From positions 248,001-312,000 of the forward strand of contig NIVC01000215.1 of the NCBI GenBank assembly GCA_002269645.1: DNA of 64,000 nt. Direction: 5' to 3'. The stretch is from Macrostomum lignano. Taxonomy: Eukaryota. Position 1 is the first letter of the stretch; the number at the start of each line of letters is the position of its first letter. The translations under genes were made by a program, and so were the position numbers. The notes under the pieces were generated by a model. The model did no database searches and had not been told where the DNA came from. It worked only from the letters and a program-made list of their open reading frames with translations. Shown here in pieces: positions 35,695 through 47,619 of the stretch.

Positions 35695-37981
35695 CTAATC
35701 GCAGAATAAAGTTTCCACCGTCTCTACCATTGAATTTCGTTGCGTTTTTTTGAACAGCCCAACAAATTTTCGCCAGTAGCGCAAAAGATCTGCAAACATT
35801 TGCCAGATGAAAATTATGTGATCGAACCGGGTCAATTGGTGCACCAAATCGAAGTTGGCCGCGATGCTGTTGAACTCGTTAGACACGTAGGCGATGAGGA
35901 AGTTCTGTATGTTGATGGTGACTATCAGAACGAACATCGTGTGCAGCATGGCTGTTGAAGGTCGAGCCTGGGACAAGTTGGCCGTGTTGACGAAAATCCT
36001 CAGTGGCGAGTAGAACACGGAGAAGTGCGACTCGAACTCGGCCTTGTCGAAGTCGACCATGAAGAAGAGCGTGCCGAACACAAAGTAGGCCCAGATGAGG
36101 AACAGGGGCACGGCCGCGATGAACCGGCTGAACATCTTGCGAAAGCAGATTCCCAGGAAAGCGAGTCGTTTAAACCTCAACTCGAAACCGCCGGTGAAGC
36201 AAAGCATGGCGAAGAACATGTACATCACAGCGGAGCCTTCTGTCACGTGTATAGCCCAGCTATTAGCATATCTTTTCGACCTGTCGAATACAAAGCCGGT
36301 GCAGTCGAGGGAGCTCATAAGCAACATTGAGCCAATCAGATGCTGCAAGCCACAAATAAGCATTGCCGCCATTGAGACAGGGATGATTTCGTTCCTGACG
36401 AAGTACTCACCCCGGACTTTAAACCGGCTATCAATGCGGTACAGAGGAGATCTTTTTGCCAGACTAAATTTTGCTACTCCAAAAAGCAAAGCTAAAAACT
36501 TAATAAAAAGAATGCAGGCAATAACATATTGATTGATGATGATATTTGACACCACATTCCTCCTAGTAGCGCAGTAGAAGTAGATTGGCGATGTCTTCAC
36601 GCACTCAGCGCCTCGAGATCCGTTTTTCAGGAACCTGACGAGGTTATCTGAGCGGCAGGCACTTCGCACAGCATCTTCATTTCTGGCATTTGAACTATTT
36701 TCATTTGCGTTCATATTAGGGAGAAATTCTTCTTTAATTTCATTTGCAAAGTCATCGAAGCCTTTGTCCAATTCATAAGCATGCTGAGCCATCGCGACAA
36801 TCATTTTGAAGTTAAATGACAACGGAGTCAGCTGAAAAAGCAAAAATCCAAAAAACATCGACACTGCCAAGTATGTCCATCTCATATCCAGGTAAATTAT
36901 ATTAATCCACTTGTCAACAAGAAGGCCAGCCTGCATCAGGTTCGATCTTCTCAGCGCCGGCACCTGCTGCATTCGAGTTTCGTTCAGCATTAGAATCGGA
37001 GTCTTGCCTCTTCTGACCCCGGATGTCATGTCATATTCCGATAGGTTGTACTTTTTATACACTCGAGTGCCTGTCAAGTGTTCTTCAATCTTGATGTAGT
37101 TGTCCACTTCAGCAATTTTTTGGAATGTGCTGTACGCCCCGATTTGCATAGCGAACTCAATTGGTCTCAGGCCGGCTTTGTTCTCCATCAGGCAGAGCGC
37201 GTGAAGAAACGATTTGGGCTGCCTGTGGGTGTCGAAAAGAATGGGAATCATCTGATTGGTAATGCAAACAATAAAAGGCTTTTGAAAACTTGTTGCAATC
37301 TAGATATTTCAATAAACAGCTAGCTAGATAAACAGCCGTCTAGATTGAAATCAATTTAAATCGGACTCCTCGGAATGAACTCCAGATGGCTCACTCTGTC
37401 CCGACTGGCAAGCCGCAGTATCCGGCCGCTGTCTCCTTGTCGCAGCTGCAGTTGGGCTCACCGACCTCGGCCAGGATTTTGAACGCGCCCGACTCGAACT
37501 CGTCCAGCAGCTGCAGCTCCGCCTCGGACGGCTCGCCGCCTCGCCGACCCTCTCGCAGGACTCGAGCCTTGGCCAGCGAGTGCAGAAGGTTGCTGCCGTC
37601 TGCATCGTCCAGAACGGCGAGCGACTTCCAGCAGCAACAGTCGGCCAGAGTCTTTCTGACCAGGAATTCCAGAGTTTGCCCAGCCGAGTAGTGAACTGCC
37701 AGGTGGTGCATCCGGCCGGATTCCGTCTCTGCATCGCTGCTGCTGGGCATGTGGAATGTCAAGCGGTGGTGGAGCAACCGATCTGGTGGAATTTGAGCCA
37801 ACTCGAGCTCTGCTGCCAGCTTTTCAGGCTGGTCTCTGCGGATGAGAGCAGCCAGAGAAAGAGAAAGTCGGTTGTCCAGCACACCGCTATCATCGACAGA
37901 ATCCTGCTCTGGAAGCCTTGAGCCGGACTCCGAATCTTCCTGTGTCGCAGGAGCTACACGTATTTGCTTTGACGCAGCCAT
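35695..37981 (-). CDS. TRPV-like cation channel, copy A, about 704 aa; exons 37981-37395 and 37222-35695
   Basis: Phase-2 junction GA|GTGAG...CCCACAG|G; ankyrin-like MHHLAV and DGSNLLHSL; ENKAGLRPIEFA and KYNLSEYD parallel TRPV N..GLTP and LYDL..ID; six hydrophobic segments; S6 NIQNFLIAYVS parallels MLNLLIAMMG. Confidence 0.8.
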
Positions 37982-38753
37982 AATCTGTCGAATATTTTAT
38001 GCCTATAAATTATTCGACAGAGAGCATGTCTTTCTGGACCGAACGAAGCTTTTTTAAAAGCTGCTTTGTTTGTCTAATAGCCAATTAATTCTACGATTTT
38101 TCCTGCTAACTCAATTTGATTAGCGAAATAGGAATGGAAAAGACATATTTGACCATTTTGCCTAACCTCGTGTGTGTGGTCCATACTGCAGTCACCAATC
38201 ATTAATTTATTAGCCTTTCGTTCAATATTTGCGTATCTTCTATGAATACGAATCGAGGCGCTTGGGTCAATAAGGCGTATATTGTTTGAGCTGATCTTTA
38301 GCTACAGTGGCAATGCATGCAACTCTTATTTTGACCAAATGGATTTCTGTCTACTCAACAGATTTGGCTACGCACTGCAATCTTCTAAGCATCATGGATA
38401 TTTGACTACAGTACGATTATGTAAATTCATGGGGTCATATCATAAACCCGAAATATCATAACTCCGAAAACCAAAATAGTGTTGGACATTGCTAGAAATT
38501 TCGGAGCTACATGTATGATATTACGGGTTTATGATGGAAAGCGCTTTTCGGAGTTGTGATTTTTCGGGTTTCTGATGCCCCCTCCCCGAATAAGTCATGA
38601 CTAATCGGTAATCGCCTAGACAACTTGGTATTAATTTGATATATGAGAGACAGCTAATTGTAATCCTTATTCATTTTAACTGTTCCAGTTAGCACTGATC
38701 TGCATACAATTTAAGTACTTTAGTACCCATAAATAATTTCCACGTCGGGCACC

Positions 38754-41293
38754 TGTTGTACTTTGAGGCAGCGTGGCCAAATGAACAAGGTGCGAGAAGC
38801 GATTGCAGGGTAGAAAAAGTCACAAAGGCTTGAAAGGCCTGTGCGCACTTATATTATAGTTAAACTAACTAGCATGATTCAGCAAACATCAAAACCCCCC
38901 ACCCGGCCTAGGCCGCTCTGGGCAGACAGACAAACCCCCAGCCAATTAGAACGCAAGAACTCTAGGCGGCGTGCAAGCCGCATACACAACAACATCCCCC
39001 TTCGAAAAAGCAACGACAAGCACGACGCTGAAGTTGTTCAACAGGAGGCGGTCGTTCCATCGGTGGATGCGCAGCGACATGGGCCCGGTGCCTTGGGTAC
39101 ACAGCAGTGCCTTGAGAGCCGAATGGTCAGTGCGCAAAGTCAGCCGTCTGCCGTAGGTGTAGATGTGCCAGCGCTCGAGAGACCAGATGCACACCAGAGC
39201 CTCTTTCTCGCTAGCTGAGTATCTGGACTCCGTTGGCGTCAGTGCTCGCGAGGCGTAGGCCACTGGCTTCTCGTTGGCCTACGCGTTGAAGCAGCACAGC
39301 GCCAAGCGCGAAGTCAGACGCGTCACACTCGACGATGGTGTCAGCGTTGCAGTCGAAGTGGCTTAGCACCGCGGACTCGTCAGCTGTTGCCTGAGCTCGG
39401 CAAAAGCAGCGTCACACTCGCTCGTCCAGTGAAAGACAGTGTCCTTGAGCAGCTCTCGTAGTGGTCTCGCTGTCTTGGCGAAGTCAGGTATGAACTTGTC
39501 GAAGTAGTTGACGGTTGACAGGAATGACGAGACGGTGCCTACTGCCGGGGTCCAGCTTGCAGAAGATCTGCGCGCCTGCAAACTCTGCGGCCAGCTCCTC
39601 CTGGGTCGGCACGGGAAACTTATCCGGGTTGATCGCTTGGTTGCAGTTGCGCGGATCAACGCACAGTCGCAGGTCGCCATTCTTCTTAGATACGACTAGA
39701 TTGGACACCCAGGGAGAGGCATCGATCTTCTCGATGACACCTGCGGCCTCCATCTTGCTTAGCTCGTCCTTCACGCGGTCCTGAAGTGCCAGCGGCACCC
39801 GGCACAACGGCTAAACTGTTGGTGTCACATTCTGGCGCAGCTGTGGTCGATGGCAAAACTTCTTGGCCATACCGATACCGTCAAAGATTCCCGTTAACTC
39901 TCCAGCGATATCATCGATGTTGCTGATTGCGTTGACTCTGATTGAGAATCCCAGCTTGTCCATGCCGTCGAGACCGAGGATGTTGGCACCTCGTCGTGCA
40001 ATGAAGAAGCGGCAGATGGCGGACTTGCCGCGGTGCACAACGCACAGCTCTGCTATCCCGAGCACGTCAATTGCAATTAGCTTCGGAGTCGGCGTGATGA
40101 CCGGTTGCTTCGGCAAGCGTTTCACAGTCTTCTCGTTGATGATGTTGATTCTTGAGCTCGTATCCAATAGGAGCCCTGACGTCGATGTCAGCAATGCTGC
40201 TCGTCGCGAAGTTAAGAAGCGACGTTTCATATTCTACTGTAGATACTTCGAATGGCTCATCATCTTCGTCCTTTACAGTGCGAAGCTGGCGTCGCTGTCG
40301 GCAGCAAGCTTTGAAGTGTCCGACCTTGTCGCAGTGCAAGCAGGTCTTGTCCTTCGCTGGACACTCTAAGGCGCGGGCGGCATGCCCGGCCCTCCCGCAG
40401 TTGCCGCACCGTGACTCTGCGCCGGATTTCTGCGGTGCCGCATGCTTGGGTCCCTTGCGTGATGGCGTACGCTGGCTGACCTTCTGGATGCGGGACTCGT
40501 CCTTGTCGCTCTTGCTGTCGCGCAGCTTCTTGGCGTCGTTGATTGCAGATTCGACTTGAATCGCCAATGCCATCGCCCTATCCAGCTCGAGCTCCGTCTC
40601 AATGAGCAGTCGCTCTCGAATGCGCGGCGAATGGGTCTTCTCGATGATCTGGTCCCGGATCATCTGGTCATGGAGAGCGCCGTATTCGCAGTCTGCCGCG
40701 AGTTCTCGGAGGGCGTCGACGAACTGGCTAACTGGCTCGCCTGGCGCGCGACTTGAACTTGTAGCGGTTCTGATTGTGCTGTGCGACTGACCGAAGATCG
40801 TTTTCAGTGCAGCCACGAGCTTGTCAAACGTATCAACGCTCTTCGTGGGCAGATTCCTCAGCGCGTAGACTCTCTGGCCTTCTTCGCCTAGTAGATGAAA
40901 GAGAATCGCCTTCTTTCGTGCATCAAATGCTTCATTTAGGTCCAAGGCCTCCAGGTAAATCTTGAATCCTTCGATCCAACGATTCCAAGGCGTGTGTGGC
41001 TGTCCTGGGTGGGCGAGAAACACGCGTGGCTCGGAAATGCTCAGACTCGTCGCCATGTTGTACTTTGAGGCAGCGTGGCCAAATGAACAAGATGCGAGAA
41101 GCGATTGCAGGGTAGAAAAAGTCACAAAGGCTTGAAAGGCCTGTGCGCACTTATATTATAGTTAAACTAACTAGCATGATTCAGCAAACATCAAAACCCC
41201 CCACCCGGCCTAGGCCGCTCTGGGCAGACAGACAAACCCCCAGCCAATCAGAACGCAAAAACTCTAGGCGGCGTGCAAGCCGCATACACAACA
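38754..41293 (-). mobile_element. Ty3/Gypsy LTR retrotransposon, non-autonomous deletion derivative, 2540 bp
   Basis: 238-bp LTRs (38754-38991, 41056-41293; TG...CA; 3 differences); 5-bp TSD GCACC at 38749 and 41294; PBS TGGCGACGAG; PPT GAAGGGGGA near 38995-39003; gag, degenerate protease, partial RT and RNase H; no integrase. Confidence 0.96.
40067..41056 (-). CDS. Gag protein of the Gypsy element
   Basis: Open frame from MATSLS; Q..GE.V..FV..LRELA..CEYG...MIRDQII motif; two zinc-knuckle-like motifs (CGNCGRAGH...C, CLHCDKVGHFKAC). Confidence 0.85.
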   Translation of the reverse strand: MATSLSISEPRVFLAHPGQPHTPWNRWIEGFKIYLEALDLNEAFDARKKAILFHLLGEEGQRVYALRNLPTKSVDTFDKLVAALKTIFGQSHSTIRTATSSSRAPGEPVSQFVDALRELAADCEYGALHDQMIRDQIIEKTHSPRIRERLLIETELELDRAMALAIQVESAINDAKKLRDSKSDKDESRIQKVSQRTPSRKGPKHAAPQKSGAESRCGNCGRAGHAARALECPAKDKTCLHCDKVGHFKACCRQRRQLRTVKDEDDEPFEVSTVEYETSLLNFATSSIADIDVRAPIGYELKNQHHQREDCETLAEATGHHADSEANCN

Positions 41294-41845
41294 GCACCAT
41301 CACTTTGTTATATTCTTGATTACTAGATAGCTATAAGAGAAATTTGTGACTGGATGTGAGATCTGAGAAACAGACACACACGTATCTGATCGGTATCGGC
41401 GTCTGATCACATTGCATAGACCCTCTCTGTTCGGACATGAAAAATTGGTGCTTGCATGTTCACTTGCGTCTAAACCAATCATCGGATCAAGTGCAATTGC
41501 GCGTACTTGCAGCCTTGCCACTTCATCTACCATAGACTAAGAGAAGAACAATGAAATAAAAGTTGTCATTTCAATATAGATTCGAATTCATCTTCGAGTC
41601 TCTCTTAGCTCGCAAATGCTACAATTATATTGCATACGAGCTAGCTACAAATGCTTCATGCTTGATAAACGCAGCAACTGTCTGTGGCATTCAAAGCTGA
41701 TTTGACGTTAATACGTTGTCATATCTCCTTCCAACTAAATAGTTGCAGACATTTTTGTGCTTGTCATCATAAAGTCTAAATTAAGAGTAAGAGTGATTTT
41801 GTTATCAAATCTAATAATTAAGTAATTCAGGAGAGCAACAATCCG

Positions 41846-44800
41846 ATGCATTCTGATTCGGTTGAAGACGATCCCATTAAGACGATGGCTTCAAAGTGCC
41901 CGATGAAAGATTCGCTGAACAAAGTCGAGTCACGAAGTGCCGTCCGCGGTTATGTGAGCGACGATCCACAACTTCCGGAACGGGAGCTCGCGTTTTACCT
42001 AGTCGCCATGCTGTCCATTGTCATCTATGCTGGCTACGGGTTTTACGTCACCTATGGGCACGACATGACGCAAAGTGAGCTGTTAATTGAAAATCGAAGA
42101 TGACACACTCCGAACTACTTGTAGCTAGTTCTTGCAGTTGGAAAATATTCTGATGATTAGGTTCTCTGGACTCGTATTTTGTAAGCTGCAAACGAATGCT
42201 GTTGACGCTACAATTTTTAGATCTTCCGGTTCAAGCATTAAAACGCGGTTGGATGAGAGATTACAAGGTAATCTAACTTTATAATTGTGTATTGATTTTT
42301 TCGTTATTACCAAATTTTGTTCCTCAAATTTATTCCACAGGACATTGTTGTTCACCCGATGTTTGAACAAGCGACTAACAACTGGCCTCAACTGACTCTG
42401 GCGTCTGCTGGTTTTCTCATAGTTAGCAAAGCGTCGCTGGCATTTGCGCCAATGAATGTCAGTCTCCTTTTTACTAAAGATCATAGTGTCATAAGTTCGC
42501 AAACAGAATAGACTGGAGAAAAAGCAGGCGGTGCTCAGTCTGAAACTCGGGTTACATTCTCGGGTACGTCAGTGGCCTTCAGCTGCACACACTTGAGCAG
42601 CTTGCTGGTGCAGTCAGCAAAGAATTCTTCGGGTGTCCTCTGTACCCCCTCTCGTAATAACTCTGTGCGGACAGGTTGCTGTAGTGCTTTCCCCACACGG
42701 TGGTTCCTCATCTCTAGGAGCAGTCAGTAATCGCTGCGAGCCAGGCCATCAGGTTTTGCGCCCATGAACAACGAACGTGTCATTCCCAGCTGCTTCCCCG
42801 ACAATGCGGTGAAAGAGATCTTCAGTGGAATGTCCAAGAAGTACTCAAACTGTCGAAGCTTCGATCTGCATCCAGCACCTGCTGTTCATGATGCACGTTT
42901 CTTACCATTGCAGTTTGATCGTTGCTGAGCAGCGCCAGTATACGCGCAGCATCCAAGCCGTCATCTAACCACTGAAGATACACTTTGACACCGTCTGTTC
43001 TGCTTTCGAAAGATGCTGCTTTGAAATTTAAAGTAGTTTGTAGAGAGGGTAAAATTGGGGTTTAGGTCACTATTTAATAAATCATCATTAAATGGCGGTT
43101 TATTTGTGTCTTGTGAAATCGAGCTGCCAGCTTTTGTCGGCGAACTTACGACATAATATTTTTAATATTTTTGGCACTTTCTAACGGCAGAAAAATCATA
43201 AACGTTGCTTACCATCGTACCAACCCTAGGTGCATCATCTGGCTTGCTCAATTTATACTCTGCTCATGATTAGCATCGCCCTGTCGTCCAAAGCTGCGTT
43301 CGCACTAGTCTTCCTGTACACTGTCTGCCTCTCCTTAGCCTACTTCTCTAATCCCGCTGTGTGGATCTTACCTAGCGCTCTGCTCTACTCTTTCAGTCGC
43401 GTAGAAGTGTCTGCAGTCCTGCTTTCTGCTCTGGAAATCCAGGATGATAAATTGAATACCTTTTCGGCAATGTCCAGCTACCTAATGTGCCGCCTGATCT
43501 CGCTTGGTCACACGTTGAGAACGGAGGTGAGTGAGCAGCCCTGTGGATTTAGGCAATATTTGCTCAACAATGTTCCTCTGAGTCTGGCCTACACTTTCTA
43601 CATGCCATACACGTGGTCCGGACCGATTCTCACTTTTGACGCGTTTCGCAAACAGCTGCAATCTCGCGGTCGTCGTGTTGAAATTGACAGCAATACTATT
43701 TCTGTTGTGGCATGGCGCGTGTGCCGCATGGTGCTGTGGTACTACGTTCTGGAGATGATCTATCACTACTTGCCAACGGGATCTTACCTGCTCACACTCC
43801 AACCCGATGTACCCATCGTGTACAAGCATATGTCCTTTTCTATCTACATACACGGTCAGAGCTTTATGCTTCTCTGCATTCAGTACTTCGGATGGCCAGC
43901 CGTCCTTGCTCTGCTCGATGGTGTTGAGCTGTTTCACTGGCCAGACTGCATCAGCTGGGTGTACAGCTACAGCATCATGTGGCGCGTGTTTGACCGAGGT
44001 TTGTTCTCAGTGATCCAGGAACACATCTACAGGCCTCTTGGAGGCAGTCGCCGGGGTCCATTGCGACAATTTTTAGCTCTGGTTGCTTCCTTCCTTTTTG
44101 TCTGCATCTTCCACGGCGACAGCGCGAGCAGTCGAGCCTGGGTGACGCTGAATGTGGTTCAGTTGGTGATGGAGCGGCTGATGATTTTTGTCTATTATAA
44201 ATATCTGAGATGCGCTGTTGTGAGTCAATTATTGCTTGTGCGGGATCTTATTTGGTTGCGTATGCATTGCATATACTCGTAAATACTTGCACCATCTTTC
44301 AGACTAAGTACCTGAGTCCTCAGAATGAGAAGCGACTCACTGGCTACGTCATCGCTTGGAATATGACAGTCTCCTGCGGCATAATCTTCTTCTTACTAGC
44401 CGGCACGAACGGCTTCATCATTTTTCCCGAGCTGCTGCTACTGCGCTCGATGAGTTCGCATAGTGAGTTTTGCTTTCACTAATTGTTGTCGACTGTCCAT
44501 CGGTGCTTTCGTACTAACTTACTAATTACTATTGAAAATATACTTTTCCTTGCTGTAATTTAGTAATATACAATATTAATAATTAAACTTTATTTTACGA
44601 GTAGTATTTCATATCAGTATAATAATTATTATTATATCGACCCGGCGGAAGTCGTGGTGGTCGCCCATGTCGGTGTACTTGGCTGATTTGCGGACCTCGA
44701 CCGAGGTGGCAGGTGACTTGGCCCAGGTGTGCGTGATAGTCGCGTCCCAAGCCAATGGCAGCCCGCTCTCAAGAGCCGCCACCGTGGCGCCGTCGAAGCG

Positions 44801-45544
44801 GCGAGAGTCCCGCGCGGAGAGGCCGGCTGGTTCGAGTACCGATGGAAAGCCGGTCTCCCCCAGGATGTCCCGGAGCCGCCAGTTAAGCTCGTCGTGTCGT
44901 CGGAAGCGCTCTACGCATTATGAGGGCATGTGAGGGTGTCGGTCCCCTAGGCCATCGAGTGGCTGGCGGCACTCGCACACTCCAGGTGCCGCAGTTTGCA
45001 GACCGCGAGCCGCAGGCTGACGATGATGGACAGCTCGATGTCCGAGGGGTGCGTGCCCTCACGGCTGTTCAGCAGACCGGTAACAAAAGCCGGCTGACTC
45101 CGGGGTGGAGGCAGAGTGCAGCCTGGCCACGTCCCTGGGCTCCGCGAGGTTGGCAGGCAGCGCCTGATGGCGTGTGCGGAAAAGCGGCTCTTGCCAGGAG
45201 CGGGCGGCAGGGGGCCCGCAGGTTCCGAGGGAACTCGGGGGTTGTCTGGTAGAGCTCATTGACGAGTGGCGCTGTAGCAGCTGCATGGGATAGGAAGGCT
45301 GGCAGGGCGAGGTCTGGGGGTGCACAGATTCTAATGCTTCTCAGACCCGTTGGCAGAGAGGCCTGCAGCCAATCTCGAGGATCATTTAAAATAGTGAATA
45401 TTATTTTCAATTTCAGCTCCATTGTGGCACCTGTTGACCTTCCAATTCGGCACTTATTGCGCTGTACAAATGGGTCGCTACTTTGAGGTCAAGCTAAAGC
45501 CGAAGTTGTGCGATAAAGCCAAGAAGGTCAAGACTATGGATTGA
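41846..45544 (+). CDS. MBOAT acyltransferase, HHAT/Rasp-like, copy 1, 556 aa; exons 41846-42074, 42221-42267, 42341-42457, 43230-44219, 44303-44462, 45417-45544
   Basis: Phase-compatible junctions, no internal stop; WSGPILTF, PDCISW..SY..MWRVFDRGL..IY.PLGGS and catalytic FVCIFHG; intron 3 donor is the weaker GTCAGT. Confidence 0.88.
44640..45388 (-). mobile_element. Degraded non-LTR retrotransposon fragment (zinc knuckle + restriction-like endonuclease) in MBOAT-1 intron 5
   Basis: Across frameshifts reads WLQASLP...DLALPAFL, CEC...DGLG.H, RHDELN, LEPAGL..RDSRRFDG.T...LAWDATITHTWA...EVRKSAKY; absent from the matching MBOAT-2 intron. Confidence 0.8.
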
Positions 45545-46664
45545 TGAGGCATGCTGGTTACCATAGAAACTTCGATACGGATCTACTTTAATAGTAGTGC
45601 TAAAATACTATTTCATTCAAGCTGACAGTTTGAAAAAATCTGCGAGCCAGGTTAATCAAATATTTTAAAACTAAAATACTGCTATCCATATGCCAACCAA
45701 TCTATAAATCAATCACTACTATGACTTTTTGTATATCTGTCAGCTATTGTTGCGAATAAAAGTTTGGAAATTAAATAGATAGTATCTTAGTCTACAATAA
45801 TTTAAAGCGAAATGTTATTGTATCTATTTGTTATTGTAACTCATGCAGCAAGCTGACGTGGAAGTTTCCGATGTCTATCGAAGTCACTCGCAAAAAAGTA
45901 CTTTTACATTTTACCGACGTACGAGTATAACGTCTGGTGGAATACGGAGGAGGACGGAGGAGTATACTGCATGTTGATGTGTTCCTTATTACCAGACTCT
46001 TTCTGTAATCAAAGAACACTCACTTCTAGCTATTTCTAGGCAACCCAGTAGTCGACTGCAGGTATTTAATTACCTTAATCCGGATTAGCAGTGTCTTCCT
46101 TTGTCTTCTGAGTAGTTCTCGTTTGTAGATCTCGTCTGTGGATCTCTCAGCTGATCTCGTAGATCAGGCGCCTTGATTCTTCAGTTGCTCTGGTCCTGGT
46201 TTTCTTGTACTTCCGATGAAGTGACTTCCGGCCGGTGTCTGCAGTCAGGACTAATCAGAGGCCTCGTATCAATGGGTACCCTGCGCCGAATAGCGGTTTC
46301 TCCTTAGCCTTCTCCTTCTAGTAGTGCCTCTATGCACTCTAGGTAATGCTCCGGTAATCTCTAATAGATCCTCTAAGATCTATTAGGGTAGTCCTTCGGG
46401 CGACTACTGCCAATGGAGTCTCAAATGGACTCAAGAGTCTCAACAGACTCTAACACTATAACAATAGTGAGTCGACTCAACAACAACTGGCGCAAATGAG
46501 AGAGGCTTACCGCAACAACTTGACCGAGTCTCGATTCACTTGGTGATCAGGAAGTCCTCCTAAGGCTTCCTCTTCGGAGCTTCTCCTATCGTCGGGAGTT
46601 GGCTCCGGTACCGCTTTGGACCGCTTGTATTTATAGACGATTTTGCAGGCCAGAAATAGTAACA

Positions 46665-46822
46665 TGATTCACGTGTTGCCCTATAAGGGGTAACATGATT
46701 CATCGCGTGGTTATAAATAGTAACATGACTTATAGTGCTGCCATAAATAGTAACATGATTCATTCTGCTGCTATGAATAGTAACATGAATCATTCTGCTG
46801 CTATAAATAGTAACATGATTCA
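46665..46822 (+). repeat. About 29-bp minisatellite, about 5 copies
   Basis: AAATAGTAACATGATTCATTCTGCTGCTA-like units. Confidence 0.8.
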
Positions 46823-47619
46823 TCGTTAAAGTTTAGGTGCGCATGCGTGCACTTACTTACTCATAGTAGCATCCTACGATTGACTCATTTTACTTATGCG
46901 GGAGATATAACACTCTACAATATGTTACTAGAATTTGTGGCTTAAGTTATTTACAGTTTATATACCACTAAGTTGAGTGGCTATTAGAGTTCGTAGATAT
47001 AATAATACTTGTAACTTGTATTCTGTTATGATAGAGGTCGATGATTGCTTCAGTTAAGTTAAAAAAACTTTTGGTTCAATGTGTGTTTTCCAATCCGAAC
47101 CCAAATGACGCGTTTAAAACCGGAAGCCCACAAAACTAACTGGAACTAGACCTAAATAAAACTGATTTTATAGCTAATCGGAAGAAATAACGCTTTTCTG
47201 TTGCTTGTACGAGCGACGTTTTCCGTTTTAATAAGTGCACAAGTATCATACTTTTGGGTAAGAAGCTATAGCTAGTTTTATTTAGTAGACTAATCTACGA
47301 GGTGTTACTAATTTATGCTGCCTTTCTTGTCCTGCCTAAACAGTTATCCCACGCACGTCTTTGGCCCGAAGTTTTAACTAATTATAGTCTAGCTAAATTC
47401 AGTTAAATTATTAGAATGTGGTACACAGCAACTGTCAGACTTCGCTGACCTTGAAAGCTTTCCTCCAAGAACAGTCTATGGTGAAAATTGAGCGGCCACT
47501 TAATAAGCAGTGCTTCTTTTGTTCCAAGTTTTTGTATCTTAATTTTTTAACTAGCTACAGATTCTGCTATATTAAAACTGTTTTAAGCTTACTAACATAG
47601 CACCACTGTAGTTGCCAAG

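Noticed and set aside
37223-37251. ORF-track start MIPILFDTH for the TRP-like proteins (also 53089-53117)
   Set aside because: The CAG|ATG acceptor is out of phase with the exon 1 donor; the acceptor at 37222 (53088) is in phase, so these codons are intronic.
46040-46660. Possible solo LTR or retroelement piece between MBOAT1 and MBOAT2
   Set aside because: Composition is suggestive but I found no termini, TSD, second copy or coding motif.
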